Shown: positions 47,784-56,910 of the stretch, one piece after another | Numbering within the stretch: the stretch's first letter is position 1 | Layout: each line of letters opens with the position of its first letter | From: Acidobacteriota bacterium | Lineage (GTDB): Bacteria; Acidobacteriota; UBA6911; RPQK01; JAJDTT01 | Direction: 5' to 3' | Length of the DNA: 64,000 bases | Assembly: GCA_965209055.1 (NCBI GenBank) | Contig: OZ242374.1 | Location: 2,880,001-2,944,000, forward strand | The notes under the pieces: model-generated | What the model was told of the DNA's origin: nothing | The model's input: the letters and a program-made list of their open reading frames with translations, nothing else | Database searches by the model: none | Made by a program: the position numbers and the translations under genes

Positions 47784-48374
47784 TCAGGACTGCTCTTGAT
47801 TCAGGCGTTTGCGAGCGTTGTCGATAAATTCCTCGATCTTCTCTTTGTCGGCATGCGCCGGATGGGCCGCCAAGAGTCTCTGCCAGATCCGGATCGCCGT
47901 CTCGAGCTCACCGGAAAAGTAGTGCGCGATGCCCAGATTCTGCAGGGTCTGGGGATGATTCGGATCCAGCGACAGGGACTTCCGATAGGACTCGATGGCC
48001 GATTCCACCTGTCCCTGGTAGAGCTGGGCCGTTCCCAGGTCGGTGCGGACGCTGACGTTGCCGGGGTCCAATTCCAGGGCCTCCGTATACCAGGCGGCGG
48101 CCGCGTCCCAGCGCTTCATGTCGTAGTACGAATTGCCCAGGCGAATTCGCACTTCCGTGTCTTCGGGATGGTCCCTGGCGTGCTCCTGGAGCCGGGCCAA
48201 CTGCTCCAGCACTTCCGGCGGGGGATGATCGGATGGCAGAGCGGAGGAGTCTGCCTGCGCCTGGGGCGCCGGCTCGGGGACGGTTGCCTCTTGCTGAATT
48301 CGAGCGGCGAAGAAACCGAGGATGAACCCTATCACGACGCCGGTCGCGGCCGCCACCCGCGGCTTGTTCTGCAT
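47784..48374 (-). CDS. Membrane-anchored TPR protein
   Basis: Transmembrane segment, LPSDHPP, three TPRs. Confidence 0.82.
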   Translation of the reverse strand: MQNKPRVAAATGVVIGFILGFFAARIQQEATVPEPAPQAQADSSALPSDHPPPEVLEQLARLQEHARDHPEDTEVRIRLGNSYYDMKRWDAAAAWYTEALELDPGNVSVRTDLGTAQLYQGQVESAIESYRKSLSLDPNHPQTLQNLGIAHYFSGELETAIRIWQRLLAAHPAHADKEKIEEFIDNARKRLNQEQS

Positions 48375-48475
48375 TGGGGCGCGTATGTTATCATAATTTC
48401 CTCGGTGGGCTGTCGGAGTTTCGACGGATTCGATGAATTTGCGAGGCGCACTTCCCCTCCAAGGACCGTTAATCC

Positions 48476-49177
48476 ATGTATCGGGGCCAGGACATCGGTG
48501 ATCGCGATCAATTGGTCGCGACCTGTATCGAGATCCTGAGGTCCGGCAGCGAAGCCGAACGCTACAAGATCCTTCCCCACGTCAGCGTGACCCGCTGCAA
48601 GCGTTTCCTGGATCCGTTGCTGGAGTTGCTGCGGTCCAGGTCTGCGCAAGACAAGGAGTTTGCAGCGCTGGCTCTGGGCGCGTTGGGCGATCCGGCGGCA
48701 ATTGACCCGTTGTTCGCCGTTTTGCAGGACACCTACATATTCAGCAAGGGCCGGAACCGCTCCTTGGAAGCCGCCGTCATCCTCACTCTGGGCGAGATCG
48801 GCCACGAGAAAGCCGTCGCTCTACTGCTTCAAGTCTATGGCATGCGGTATCTCGATGAGCCGTCGGCCCACAACCGCAAAGTGAACGTGCTGTCGGCGTT
48901 GGGCCTGCTGGCTCAGCAGGGAAGTGAGAGTGCTGTCGGCGAGTTGTTGAGCCTGGCCGCGCAGGAGGTTTCAGACCGGCAGGCGCAGGCCGTCACCGAA
49001 TTGTCGGTCGCCTATTGGCATCGAGCCCATCAGGTTCCGGATACGGTCCTGAAGATGATGTACAGGATGACCGGGGCCGGCGCGGATGAAGTCAGAAAAG
49101 CGGCCGTCGCCGCCCTTTCCACGCTGGCGAACCTGGGTTGCCGCCGGGCCGCGGGTTATTTCTCCGCTCCGGCTTAA
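48476..49177 (+). CDS. HEAT-repeat protein
   Basis: AALALGALGDPAAIDPL, LGEIG..AV..L, VRKAAVAAL. Confidence 0.8.
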   Translation: MYRGQDIGDRDQLVATCIEILRSGSEAERYKILPHVSVTRCKRFLDPLLELLRSRSAQDKEFAALALGALGDPAAIDPLFAVLQDTYIFSKGRNRSLEAAVILTLGEIGHEKAVALLLQVYGMRYLDEPSAHNRKVNVLSALGLLAQQGSESAVGELLSLAAQEVSDRQAQAVTELSVAYWHRAHQVPDTVLKMMYRMTGAGADEVRKAAVAALSTLANLGCRRAAGYFSAPA

Positions 49178-49306
49178 GGAGGGGCGCTCCGGCTTAAGGA
49201 GGGGCGATTGGAAATCGTCCGCTCGTCGGTCGTCGCTTGGCGACGGGGGACGGGGGAGTTCGGCGGTTAGGAAACCGCCGCTCCTGGTTAGGAAACCGCC
49301 GCTCCT
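49165..49306. repeat. REP-like cluster with 20-bp and 21-bp tandem duplications
   Basis: (CGCTCCGGCTTAAGGAGGGG)x2 at 49165-49204; (GGTTAGGAAACCGCCGCTCCT)x2 at 49265-49306. Confidence 0.85.
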
Positions 49307-49312
49307 GGTCGC

Positions 49313-50335
49313 CTAATTGCCGCCCTTCAACTGCTTGACCAGATCGCGGGCCACCGGCGCGTTCTCGCCGTTGGGGTTGAGCTTGGCGTATTCGGCCAGA
49401 TGGTTGATGGCCCCGTCGATCTGGTTCATTCCCAGCAGGACGATACCGAGCTGATAGTGGGCTTCGGCGTGCGTGGGATCGGATACCACCGCGTTTTTAA
49501 GGGCCTCTGAAGCCTGCTTGTTCTGCCCCTTGTTGATGAAGGTGACACCCATATTGTAGTAGTTGATGGCTGCGGCGGCCGGATCGACGGCGGCGTTGAG
49601 TTCGGCCGATTTCTTGAAGGCTTTCTCCGCATTGGACGAATCGCCCATGTTGGCGTAGATGTTGCCCAGGTTCTGGTAGAAGGTGGCGTTGCTGGGAGCG
49701 ATCTCGATGGCCTTGTTGTACGCATCGATCGCTTCGTTGTGTTTCTTCAGATTCAGGTAGGCATTTCCCAGGTTGGCCCAGATGGCCGGCCTCTTGGGAT
49801 CCTTGGTGACGCATTCCCGGAACGCAACGACCGCTTCCTCATTCTGGCCCAGATTCAACGCCATGATTCCCCGGTTGTAGGCGGCGCGAACTTCCGTGAC
49901 CACGGTCTGCTGCTTCATGAACTGCTCGCGCTCTTCCTTGGTCATCTCAAAGGCCAGCTTGCCCGACTTGCCCTCCTTGAGGGTGAAGTTGACCGTGCCG
50001 CGTTTCCCGCCGCCCCTGGGGTCGAAGCCGCCGTCATCGACGCCGAAACTGGCGCGAACGCCCGACTCGTACTCGGTGCGGAAGCCCGCCTTGCGAGCCA
50101 CAACGGTGTAAGTGGCCTGGAGGTTCACCGCGCCGTGGTAGTACTTGCCCTTCTTGTTGGTCTTGAGGTTGTATTTCCGGCTGGTGTTCTCGCTTCGAAT
50201 CGAGATTTCGACACCTTCGACGGGTTTGCCTGCGGTATCCGTGACGGTTCCCTCCAATTGCCCCACCTGAGCTTCCAGGCTCGGTGCGGTGAGAAGGAGC
50301 ATCACGACGGCGATGGAGATCGTGGAGTATTTCAT
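49313..50335 (-). CDS. Exported TPR protein with carboxypeptidase-regulatory-like domain
   Basis: Signal peptide; G.VTD..GKPVEG; KTNKKGKY; several TPRs. Confidence 0.85.
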   Translation of the reverse strand: MKYSTISIAVVMLLLTAPSLEAQVGQLEGTVTDTAGKPVEGVEISIRSENTSRKYNLKTNKKGKYYHGAVNLQATYTVVARKAGFRTEYESGVRASFGVDDGGFDPRGGGKRGTVNFTLKEGKSGKLAFEMTKEEREQFMKQQTVVTEVRAAYNRGIMALNLGQNEEAVVAFRECVTKDPKRPAIWANLGNAYLNLKKHNEAIDAYNKAIEIAPSNATFYQNLGNIYANMGDSSNAEKAFKKSAELNAAVDPAAAAINYYNMGVTFINKGQNKQASEALKNAVVSDPTHAEAHYQLGIVLLGMNQIDGAINHLAEYAKLNPNGENAPVARDLVKQLKGGN

Positions 50336-50352
50336 GAGTCCGCCTTTCTCAT

Positions 50353-52323
50353 TCAGGGCTGGCCGGTCGCCGGATCGGGCCGATCCTGGCCCCCGGGCCA
50401 CCACTCATTGGCTGAGATCCTGATGCGGTCAATATTATCGACGACGGGAAAGCTTGGCAAGCTGCGGAGGAAGAGAGAACCGTAGCGCCGCGTGCGAATT
50501 CGGCTGTCGAACACCCCCACGATTCCGCGGTCTTTCCGGGACCGGATCAGGCGGCCCAAACCCTGCCTCAGGGCGATGATCGCCGCCGGAACCGAGTAGC
50601 GGAGAAACGAGTTGTCCCCCTGTTCCTCCAGCCGTTTGAGCCGGGCGGCCACCACCGGTTCGGTGGGGACCTGGAAGGGAAGCTTGTCGATCAGGACCGC
50701 CCTGAGGGCGTCTCCGGGAACGTCCACTCCCTGCCAGAAGCTGGAGGTGGCGCAGAGGACCGCGTGGGGCGTATGCCGGAACTCGTGGAGCAACTGCGAT
50801 TTCGGACGGTCTCCTTGACGAAGCAGGGGATAGGGAAGGCGCCCCTTGAGCAGATCGTGGACCCGGTTGAGCTGCTGGTAGCTGGTGAAGAGCAGGAACG
50901 CGTGTCCCCGGGTCAGATCCAGGATTTCTTCCAGTTGCCGGACCAACCGGATCACGTATCCGGGCGAAGCCGGCTCCGGAAAACGCCTGGGAATGTAGAG
51001 GAGCGACTGTTTCGAGTAGTCGAATTCGCCCTCGGTGACCAGTTGGCGGGCGTCGCCGAGCCCCAGGCGGGTGCGAACGTACGAGAAGTCTCCGTCGGCG
51101 GTGAGAGTCGCGGAGACCAATACGGCGGTCGGGACCTGGGAAAAGAGCCTCTCGTCCAAGGTTGAGGCGACCTCGATGGGAGTCAGGTTGAGGAACGTGC
51201 CGCGGCCCCGCCGCCGCATCCAGTGGACGCTCTCCCGATCTTCCAGGTCGAAAAACCGATCCAGGTGAAGCGCCAGCGACTCCACCCGGCGCAGCAGCAT
51301 GTCCCGTTCCTGGTGGGACGGGTCCCGCAGGCTCAATTCGTCGTGCAGGTTCGACAAGGTCCTCGCCAACTGGCGGTAGGCGGGCAGGGCGGGCACCCGC
51401 AAGTCGGCCGGCGCGCCGTCGGCGCCTCTCGCCGAGTCGAGACCCCATGTTCCTTCCGCGGCCGGCAGGGCGGAAAACAACATCCCGGCGCGGGACTCGA
51501 GGTCGCGGACGGTCCTCATTGACTCGGTGTCGGGGTAGGACGCGGCCAGGTCCCGAGCCAGCTCCTCCACCTGGTAGCTGCTGACTCGCTTTCCCAGGTG
51601 GGTGCAGGCGATCTCCTCGACCGCGTGGGCTTCATCCAGGATCAGCGTGGAGAAGTCGGGGAGGATGCTCCCCAGTTCATCGACTTCCAGGGCCAGATGC
51701 GCGAAGAAGAGGGCGTGGTTGACGATGATGACGTCCGATTCCAGGGCTTTCTGGCGCATTCGCGTGATGAAGCAGCCATCGAAGTGCGGGCATTTCTGGC
51801 CGGTGCAGTTCTCGCTGCGGGCATCCAGATCTCTCCAGAGTGGATCCGAATCGGACATCCATTCCAGTTCGGAACGATCCCCGGTTTCGGTCTCCAGGGC
51901 CCACTCCGATACGGCCTGCCGGGACTGGAGCCACTCTTGGGACAGGGAAGGCGCCCTGGTCTGCCGTTCCAGCTTGCGAAGGCAGAGATAGTTCTGGCGC
52001 CCCTTCATGGTGGTCACCTTCAGGTCCGGGAACAGGTGCCGGCGAATGAAAGGGATGTCCTTCAGGTAGAGCTGTTCCTGAAGATTTCGTGTCGCCGTGG
52101 AGATGATGGTCTTGCGGCGGCTGGCGAGGGCCGGAACCAGGTAGGCCAGGGTCTTGCCGGTTCCGGTGCCGGCTTCGGCACAGAGGTGATGGCCTTCCCG
52201 GATCGCTTCCAGGACCGAGAGGGCCAGTTCCAGTTGGGAAGGCCGGAACTCGTAACCCGGGAGCTCACCGGCCAGCATCCCTCCCGGGGAGAACACCTCC
52301 TGAAGCGTGAATTTCGACGCCAT
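50353..52323 (-). CDS. DinG/YoaA-family ATP-dependent DNA helicase
   Basis: EAGTGTGKT, KGRQNYLC, Fe-S cysteines, DEAH, SATL, FWQGVDVPG, QGLGRLIR. Confidence 0.95.
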   Translation of the reverse strand: MASKFTLQEVFSPGGMLAGELPGYEFRPSQLELALSVLEAIREGHHLCAEAGTGTGKTLAYLVPALASRRKTIISTATRNLQEQLYLKDIPFIRRHLFPDLKVTTMKGRQNYLCLRKLERQTRAPSLSQEWLQSRQAVSEWALETETGDRSELEWMSDSDPLWRDLDARSENCTGQKCPHFDGCFITRMRQKALESDVIIVNHALFFAHLALEVDELGSILPDFSTLILDEAHAVEEIACTHLGKRVSSYQVEELARDLAASYPDTESMRTVRDLESRAGMLFSALPAAEGTWGLDSARGADGAPADLRVPALPAYRQLARTLSNLHDELSLRDPSHQERDMLLRRVESLALHLDRFFDLEDRESVHWMRRRGRGTFLNLTPIEVASTLDERLFSQVPTAVLVSATLTADGDFSYVRTRLGLGDARQLVTEGEFDYSKQSLLYIPRRFPEPASPGYVIRLVRQLEEILDLTRGHAFLLFTSYQQLNRVHDLLKGRLPYPLLRQGDRPKSQLLHEFRHTPHAVLCATSSFWQGVDVPGDALRAVLIDKLPFQVPTEPVVAARLKRLEEQGDNSFLRYSVPAAIIALRQGLGRLIRSRKDRGIVGVFDSRIRTRRYGSLFLRSLPSFPVVDNIDRIRISANEWWPGGQDRPDPATGQP

Positions 52324-52398
52324 GATCCGTACCCGGTGAAGGTATCACGGGGCACCGAAACCGGGGATGCGCCCGCCGGACCCGGTTGGAGCCCTGGC

Positions 52399-53658
52399 TC
52401 ACGCGGACTGCCGGAGGCGGCCCGCATAGAAGGCGTGACGCCGGGTCAGAGACACGACTTCGCGGCCGATTCCGTCCAGGACACCCTCGTCGTCGCAATG
52501 CGCAAGAGCCTGGCCGATCCAACGGCCGATTCGATCCATCTCGGCCTCCTTCATGCCGCAGGTGGTCACGGTGGGGGTCCCGACGCGGATCCCGCTGGTG
52601 ACCAGAGGGGGGTGGGCGTCGAAGGGGATGGTGTTCTTGTTGACCGTGATCCGGGCCCGCTCCAGCGTCGCTTCCGCCTGCTTGCCGGTCAGGCCTCGAG
52701 ACAGGACGTCCACCAGGAAAAGGTGGTTGTCGGTGCCTCCCGAAACGATCCGGAACCCCTGTTGGGCGACACTCCGGGCCAGGGCCCCGGCGTTGGAAAG
52801 AACCTGTTCCTGGTAGCTCTTGAAGCCGGGGCTGAGGGCTTCCTTGAGACAGACTGCCTTGGCCGCGATGATGTGAACCAGAGGCCCGCCCTGGGTGCCG
52901 GGAAAAACCAGCCGGTTGAGGCGCTTCTTGTGCTCTTCGCGGCAGAGGACGATCCCGCCTCGGGGGCCGCGCAGGGTCTTGTGGGTCGTCGTCGTGACGA
53001 AATCGGCGTAGGGAACGGGGCTGGGATGCAGGCCGGCGGCCACCGGACCCGCAATGTGGGCAATGTCGGCCAGCAGATATGCTCCGACGCCTCGAGCGAT
53101 CCGGGAGAGGCGATCGAAGTGGATGGTGCGGCTGTATGCGCTGGCCCCGGCGACGATCATTCGGGGTTTCTCCCGTTTGGCCAGATCCTCCAACTCGTCG
53201 TAGTCGATCTCTTCCGTATCGCGGCGGACGCCGTAGGCGGCGACGCGAAAATACTTTCCGGAGAAGTTGAGGGGATGCCCATGGGAAAGGTGGCCGCCGT
53301 GAGACAGGTTCATGCCCAGAATCTTGTCTCCCGGCTCGAGCGCGGCCAGATAGACGGCGATGTTGGCCTGGGTCCCCGAGTGAGGTTGGACGTTGGCATG
53401 GTCGGCGCCGAAGAGCTGCCTGGCCCTCTCGATGGCCAACGACTCCACCACGTCCACGTGCTCGCAGCCCCCGTAGTACCGGCGGCCCGGGTAGCCTTCC
53501 GCGTACTTGTTGGTGAAGACCGATCCCATGGCCTCCAGGACGGCCTCGCTGACGTAGTTCTCGGAGGCGATGAGCTCCAGGGTCTCGCTCTGCCTGCGGG
53601 TCTCTTGGAAGATGGCCTCGGCCACCTCCGGGTCTGTCTCGTACAAGGATGGATGCAT
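52399..53658 (-). CDS. glyA: Serine hydroxymethyltransferase
   Basis: [28 protein letters not shown]. Confidence 0.98.
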   Translation of the reverse strand: MHPSLYETDPEVAEAIFQETRRQSETLELIASENYVSEAVLEAMGSVFTNKYAEGYPGRRYYGGCEHVDVVESLAIERARQLFGADHANVQPHSGTQANIAVYLAALEPGDKILGMNLSHGGHLSHGHPLNFSGKYFRVAAYGVRRDTEEIDYDELEDLAKREKPRMIVAGASAYSRTIHFDRLSRIARGVGAYLLADIAHIAGPVAAGLHPSPVPYADFVTTTTHKTLRGPRGGIVLCREEHKKRLNRLVFPGTQGGPLVHIIAAKAVCLKEALSPGFKSYQEQVLSNAGALARSVAQQGFRIVSGGTDNHLFLVDVLSRGLTGKQAEATLERARITVNKNTIPFDAHPPLVTSGIRVGTPTVTTCGMKEAEMDRIGRWIGQALAHCDDEGVLDGIGREVVSLTRRHAFYAGRLRQSA

Positions 53659-53814
53659 GGCGGCTATTTCTCCAATTGCGGCCCGGGAACGGTTCCCTTG
53701 GCCGGTCGTACCATTATGATGCTATGCGTGCCCGGGGCGCCTTGACCAGCGGGTTCTTCAGCGGGCGGGTGATCTGCGGGGTCTCTCGCCACGGACTGTC
53801 GAGCGCCGGCGGAG

Positions 53815-54252
53815 TCAGCGCTCCAGCGAGGAAATCTTGCGGACCCGGCGGTCATGGCGGCCACCTTCAAAACCGACCCGGAGCCATTCCCGCACCATGG
53901 AAAGAGCCAGCTTCGGCTCGAGAGTCCGAGCGCCCAAAGCCAGTACGTTGGCTTGATTGTGTTGACGGCTGAGACGAACCGTTTCCAGGTCGTGGCAGAC
54001 GGCCGCCCGCACACCGGAGATCTTGTTGGCGGCGATGGCCATGCCGATGCCGGTGCCGCAGACGAGGATGCCGCGCTCGGCGCTGCCGGAAGAGACTCCC
54101 TGGGCCACGGACGCCGCGAAGTCGGGATAATCGACGCTGTCGTTCGTGTGGGGCCCCCGGTCGGTCACCTCGTGATTATCGGCTTCGAGCAGATCCTTGA
54201 TCCGCTCCTTCAATTCCACCCCGGCGTGATCGGCGCCAATCCAAATCTGCAT
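53815..54252 (-). CDS. rpiB: Ribose-5-phosphate isomerase B
   Basis: GADHAG, DYPD, CGTGIG, HNQANV, FEGGRH. Confidence 0.96.
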   Translation of the reverse strand: MQIWIGADHAGVELKERIKDLLEADNHEVTDRGPHTNDSVDYPDFAASVAQGVSSGSAERGILVCGTGIGMAIAANKISGVRAAVCHDLETVRLSRQHNQANVLALGARTLEPKLALSMVREWLRVGFEGGRHDRRVRKISSLER

Positions 54253-54325
54253 GCGCGACGGTCCTGCCGATGGATGGTAGCTCACTTGACTTGACCCGGT
54301 CAAACCGATAGAAACAGCGCTTCCC

Positions 54326-56029
54326 ATGCGCTGGTCCCGGTTCTTTGCGCCCACCTTGAAGGAGACTCCTTCGGAGGCGGAGGTGCCCTCCCATCGCCTC
54401 CTGCTGCGCGCCGGATTCGTCCGTCAGTTGGGTTCGGGCATCTATTCCTTCCTTCCCCTGGCGAGGCGGACCTTGCGGAAAATCGAGAACATCATCCGCC
54501 ATGAGATGGACGCCATCGGCGCTCAGGAGTTCGTCCTGCCGGCCCTCCACCCGGCCGAGCCGTGGAGGGAATCGGGCCGTTGGGAGGCCATGGGCGACGA
54601 GATGTTCCGGCTCAACGATCGTTCCGGCCGGGACATGTGTCTCGGGATGACTCATGAGGAGATCTTCACTACCATCGCTCGCGACGAAATCAGGTCCTAC
54701 CGCGCGCTGCCTCAGATCTGGTACCAGATTCAGCTCAAGTTCCGGGACGAACCCCGCCCCAAGTCCGGCCTGCTGCGGGTGCGCCACTTTCACATGAAGG
54801 ATTCCTACAGCTTCGACCTCGACGAGAAAGGGTTGGACCGCAGCTACCGGCTTCACGAGCAGGCCTACCGCAGGATTTTCGATCGCTGCGGCCTCCGGTA
54901 CCTGGTGGTCGAGGCGGACTCGGGAGCCATGGGGGGCAGCGTCTCTCACGAGTTCATGGTTCGGACCGATGCCGGAGAGGACCATGTCGTGACCTGTGCC
55001 TGCGGGTATGCCTCCAACCTGGACCGGGCCGTCTCGGCATTGGAGGCGCAGGAAGACGAGGCGGCGGACCTTCCGCCCCGGAAGGTGCATACGCCGGGCC
55101 GCAAGACGATTCAGGAGGTGAGCGACTTTCTGAATGTCCCTCGGTCACGGCAGATCAAATCTCTGGTCTACCTGGTGGGGGAGACGCCATGGCTGTTGTT
55201 GCTGCGGGGCGACCACCAGCTCAATGATCTGAAGCTGAGCCGGCTGGCCGGCAGCGGCGACTTCCGAATGGCCCGGTCCGAGGAGATCAGGGAGCTGTTC
55301 GGAGCCGGCGCGGGCAGCCTGGGACCGGTGGGCGCCGACTTCGTCAAGGTGGTGGCCGACCGGGGCCTGGAGGGCCGGCGGAACCTGGTCTGCGGCGCCA
55401 ATCAGGACGACTACCACCTGCTGCATGTCACTCCGGGACGGGATTTCCAGGCGAGCTTCCAGGATCTGCGTTCGGTCGAGCAGGGGGACGCCTGTCTGAA
55501 ATGCGGTCAGCCGGTGCAGGTCGAGAAGACGCTGGAAATCGGACATATCTTCAAGCTGGGATACAAGTACAGCGAGTCCATGAAGGCCCGCGTGCTGGAC
55601 CGGCAAGGGAAGGAGCGGCCCTGGATCATGGGCAGCTACGGAATCGGCCTCGAGCGGATCATGGCTGCCGCGGTGGAGCTGTACCACGACGAATTCGGCA
55701 TCGTCTGGCCGCGGGCGTTGGCGCCGTTCCAGGCCGTGGTCACGGTCGTGCGGGCGGACGACCGGAAACAACTCGCGGCCGCCCGCGAGATCTACCGGAC
55801 CCTCTGGGACCGCGGCATCGACTGTCTCCTGGATGACCGGAACGAGCGGCCCGGATTCAAGTTCAAGGACGCCGAACTCATCGGGGTTCCGATCCGAATC
55901 ACCGTGGGACGGGCCCTCCGGCAGGGACGGGTCGAGATCTTTTCCCGCCAGGACGCCAGCAAGAGGGAAGTCCCGCTGGGCGATGCCGTAACCACCGTCG
56001 TGGAGATGCTCCAGGCTTACCCGGTCTGA
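54326..56029 (+). CDS. proS: Proline--tRNA ligase (bacterial type with editing insertion)
   Basis: THEE, KFRDEPRP, MKDSYSF, GHIFKLG, GSYGIG. Confidence 0.98.
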   Translation: MRWSRFFAPTLKETPSEAEVPSHRLLLRAGFVRQLGSGIYSFLPLARRTLRKIENIIRHEMDAIGAQEFVLPALHPAEPWRESGRWEAMGDEMFRLNDRSGRDMCLGMTHEEIFTTIARDEIRSYRALPQIWYQIQLKFRDEPRPKSGLLRVRHFHMKDSYSFDLDEKGLDRSYRLHEQAYRRIFDRCGLRYLVVEADSGAMGGSVSHEFMVRTDAGEDHVVTCACGYASNLDRAVSALEAQEDEAADLPPRKVHTPGRKTIQEVSDFLNVPRSRQIKSLVYLVGETPWLLLLRGDHQLNDLKLSRLAGSGDFRMARSEEIRELFGAGAGSLGPVGADFVKVVADRGLEGRRNLVCGANQDDYHLLHVTPGRDFQASFQDLRSVEQGDACLKCGQPVQVEKTLEIGHIFKLGYKYSESMKARVLDRQGKERPWIMGSYGIGLERIMAAAVELYHDEFGIVWPRALAPFQAVVTVVRADDRKQLAAAREIYRTLWDRGIDCLLDDRNERPGFKFKDAELIGVPIRITVGRALRQGRVEIFSRQDASKREVPLGDAVTTVVEMLQAYPV

Positions 56030-56077
56030 TTCCCGGTCCCAGCCCGGACCGGCGATCTTCCCGCCGTCCAAGAAAAG

Positions 56078-56263
56078 GGAAGGGCGATTTCCAATCGCCT
56101 GGTCTTCGTCGCCAAGTTTGTCAGGTAGGAGTTCGGCGATTGGAAATCGCCGCTCCAGTTCGGCGGTTAGGAAACCGCCGCTCCTATGGGAGGGGCGATT
56201 TCCAATCGCCCGGTTTCCCTTCGTTCGCCGGCGTCCAAGAATCGGCGGTTGCGAAACCGTCGG
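56078..56263. repeat. REP-like cluster of about five hairpins
   Basis: GGGCGATTTCCAATCGCC twice, inverted CGGCGATTGGAAATCGCCGCTCC, CGGCGGTTAGGAAACCGCCGCTCC, degenerate CGGCGGTTGCGAAACCGTCG. Confidence 0.85.
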
Positions 56264-56381
56264 TCCTTTCCTTGTTTCTACCGGGCGTCCGCCGGACCGG
56301 GCCGGTGGGGAAGCTCCTTGCAAATTCGCCACTCGAATCCCGGGTCCACGGTCAATCGGCGTCGATTTTTTCCGAAATTTC

Positions 56382-56450
56382 TTGACACTTGGTCTGCGAT
56401 AGGAATATTGTGGTCAAAATCGGTTCAAAAAGGGATAAATAGGTCTAAGT
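56382..56450 (+). promoter_or_regulatory. dcw promoter with 10-bp periodic putative MraZ boxes
   Basis: TTGACA at 56382; candidate -10 at about 56404-56411; TGGTCAAAAT/CGGTTCAAAA/AGGGATAAAT/AGGTCTAAGT in 10-nt register. Confidence 0.6.
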
Positions 56451-56467
56451 AACGTCGGATTGTCACT

Positions 56468-56908
56468 GTGTTCAGAGGAAACTTCCCCACCAAGATCGAC
56501 GCTCAGGGGCGTATCAAGATCCCTGTGGCGCATCGCAGGATCTTCGAGGAGAAGTACGGCACGGAACTTTATGTCACCAGTACCAACGGCGAACACGTCC
56601 TGATCTATCCCCTCAGCGAATGGGAGCAGATCGAGAGCAAGTTGCTGGAGCCGCCCAAGATGCTGCCCGAGAAGGTCAAGTTCCTGCGCAACACGAGCTA
56701 CTACGGCCAGATGGTCTCCATGGACAGGCAGGGGAGAGTCCTGATTCCTCCCCACCTCCGGGAACGTGCCGAAATCTCCAACAGCGTGGCGGTCATGGGA
56801 TCGTTGACCTATCTGGAACTGTGGAATCGGAAACGCATCGAGAATCGGCTCGATAACGATGAGTATACGCGTGAGGACGCGATCGCTCTGGCGGAGTTGG
56901 GGATTTGA
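56468..56908 (+). CDS. mraZ: dcw cluster transcriptional repressor MraZ
   Basis: MFRG...IDAQGRI.IP, DRQGRVLIP, LELW; first gene of the dcw cluster. Confidence 0.96.
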   Translation: MFRGNFPTKIDAQGRIKIPVAHRRIFEEKYGTELYVTSTNGEHVLIYPLSEWEQIESKLLEPPKMLPEKVKFLRNTSYYGQMVSMDRQGRVLIPPHLRERAEISNSVAVMGSLTYLELWNRKRIENRLDNDEYTREDAIALAELGI

Positions 56909-56910
56909 CC

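Noticed and set aside
53659-53814. ZTP or glycine riboswitch upstream of glyA
   Set aside because: Conserved aptamer motifs were not recognisable; an Infernal/Rfam scan would be decisive.
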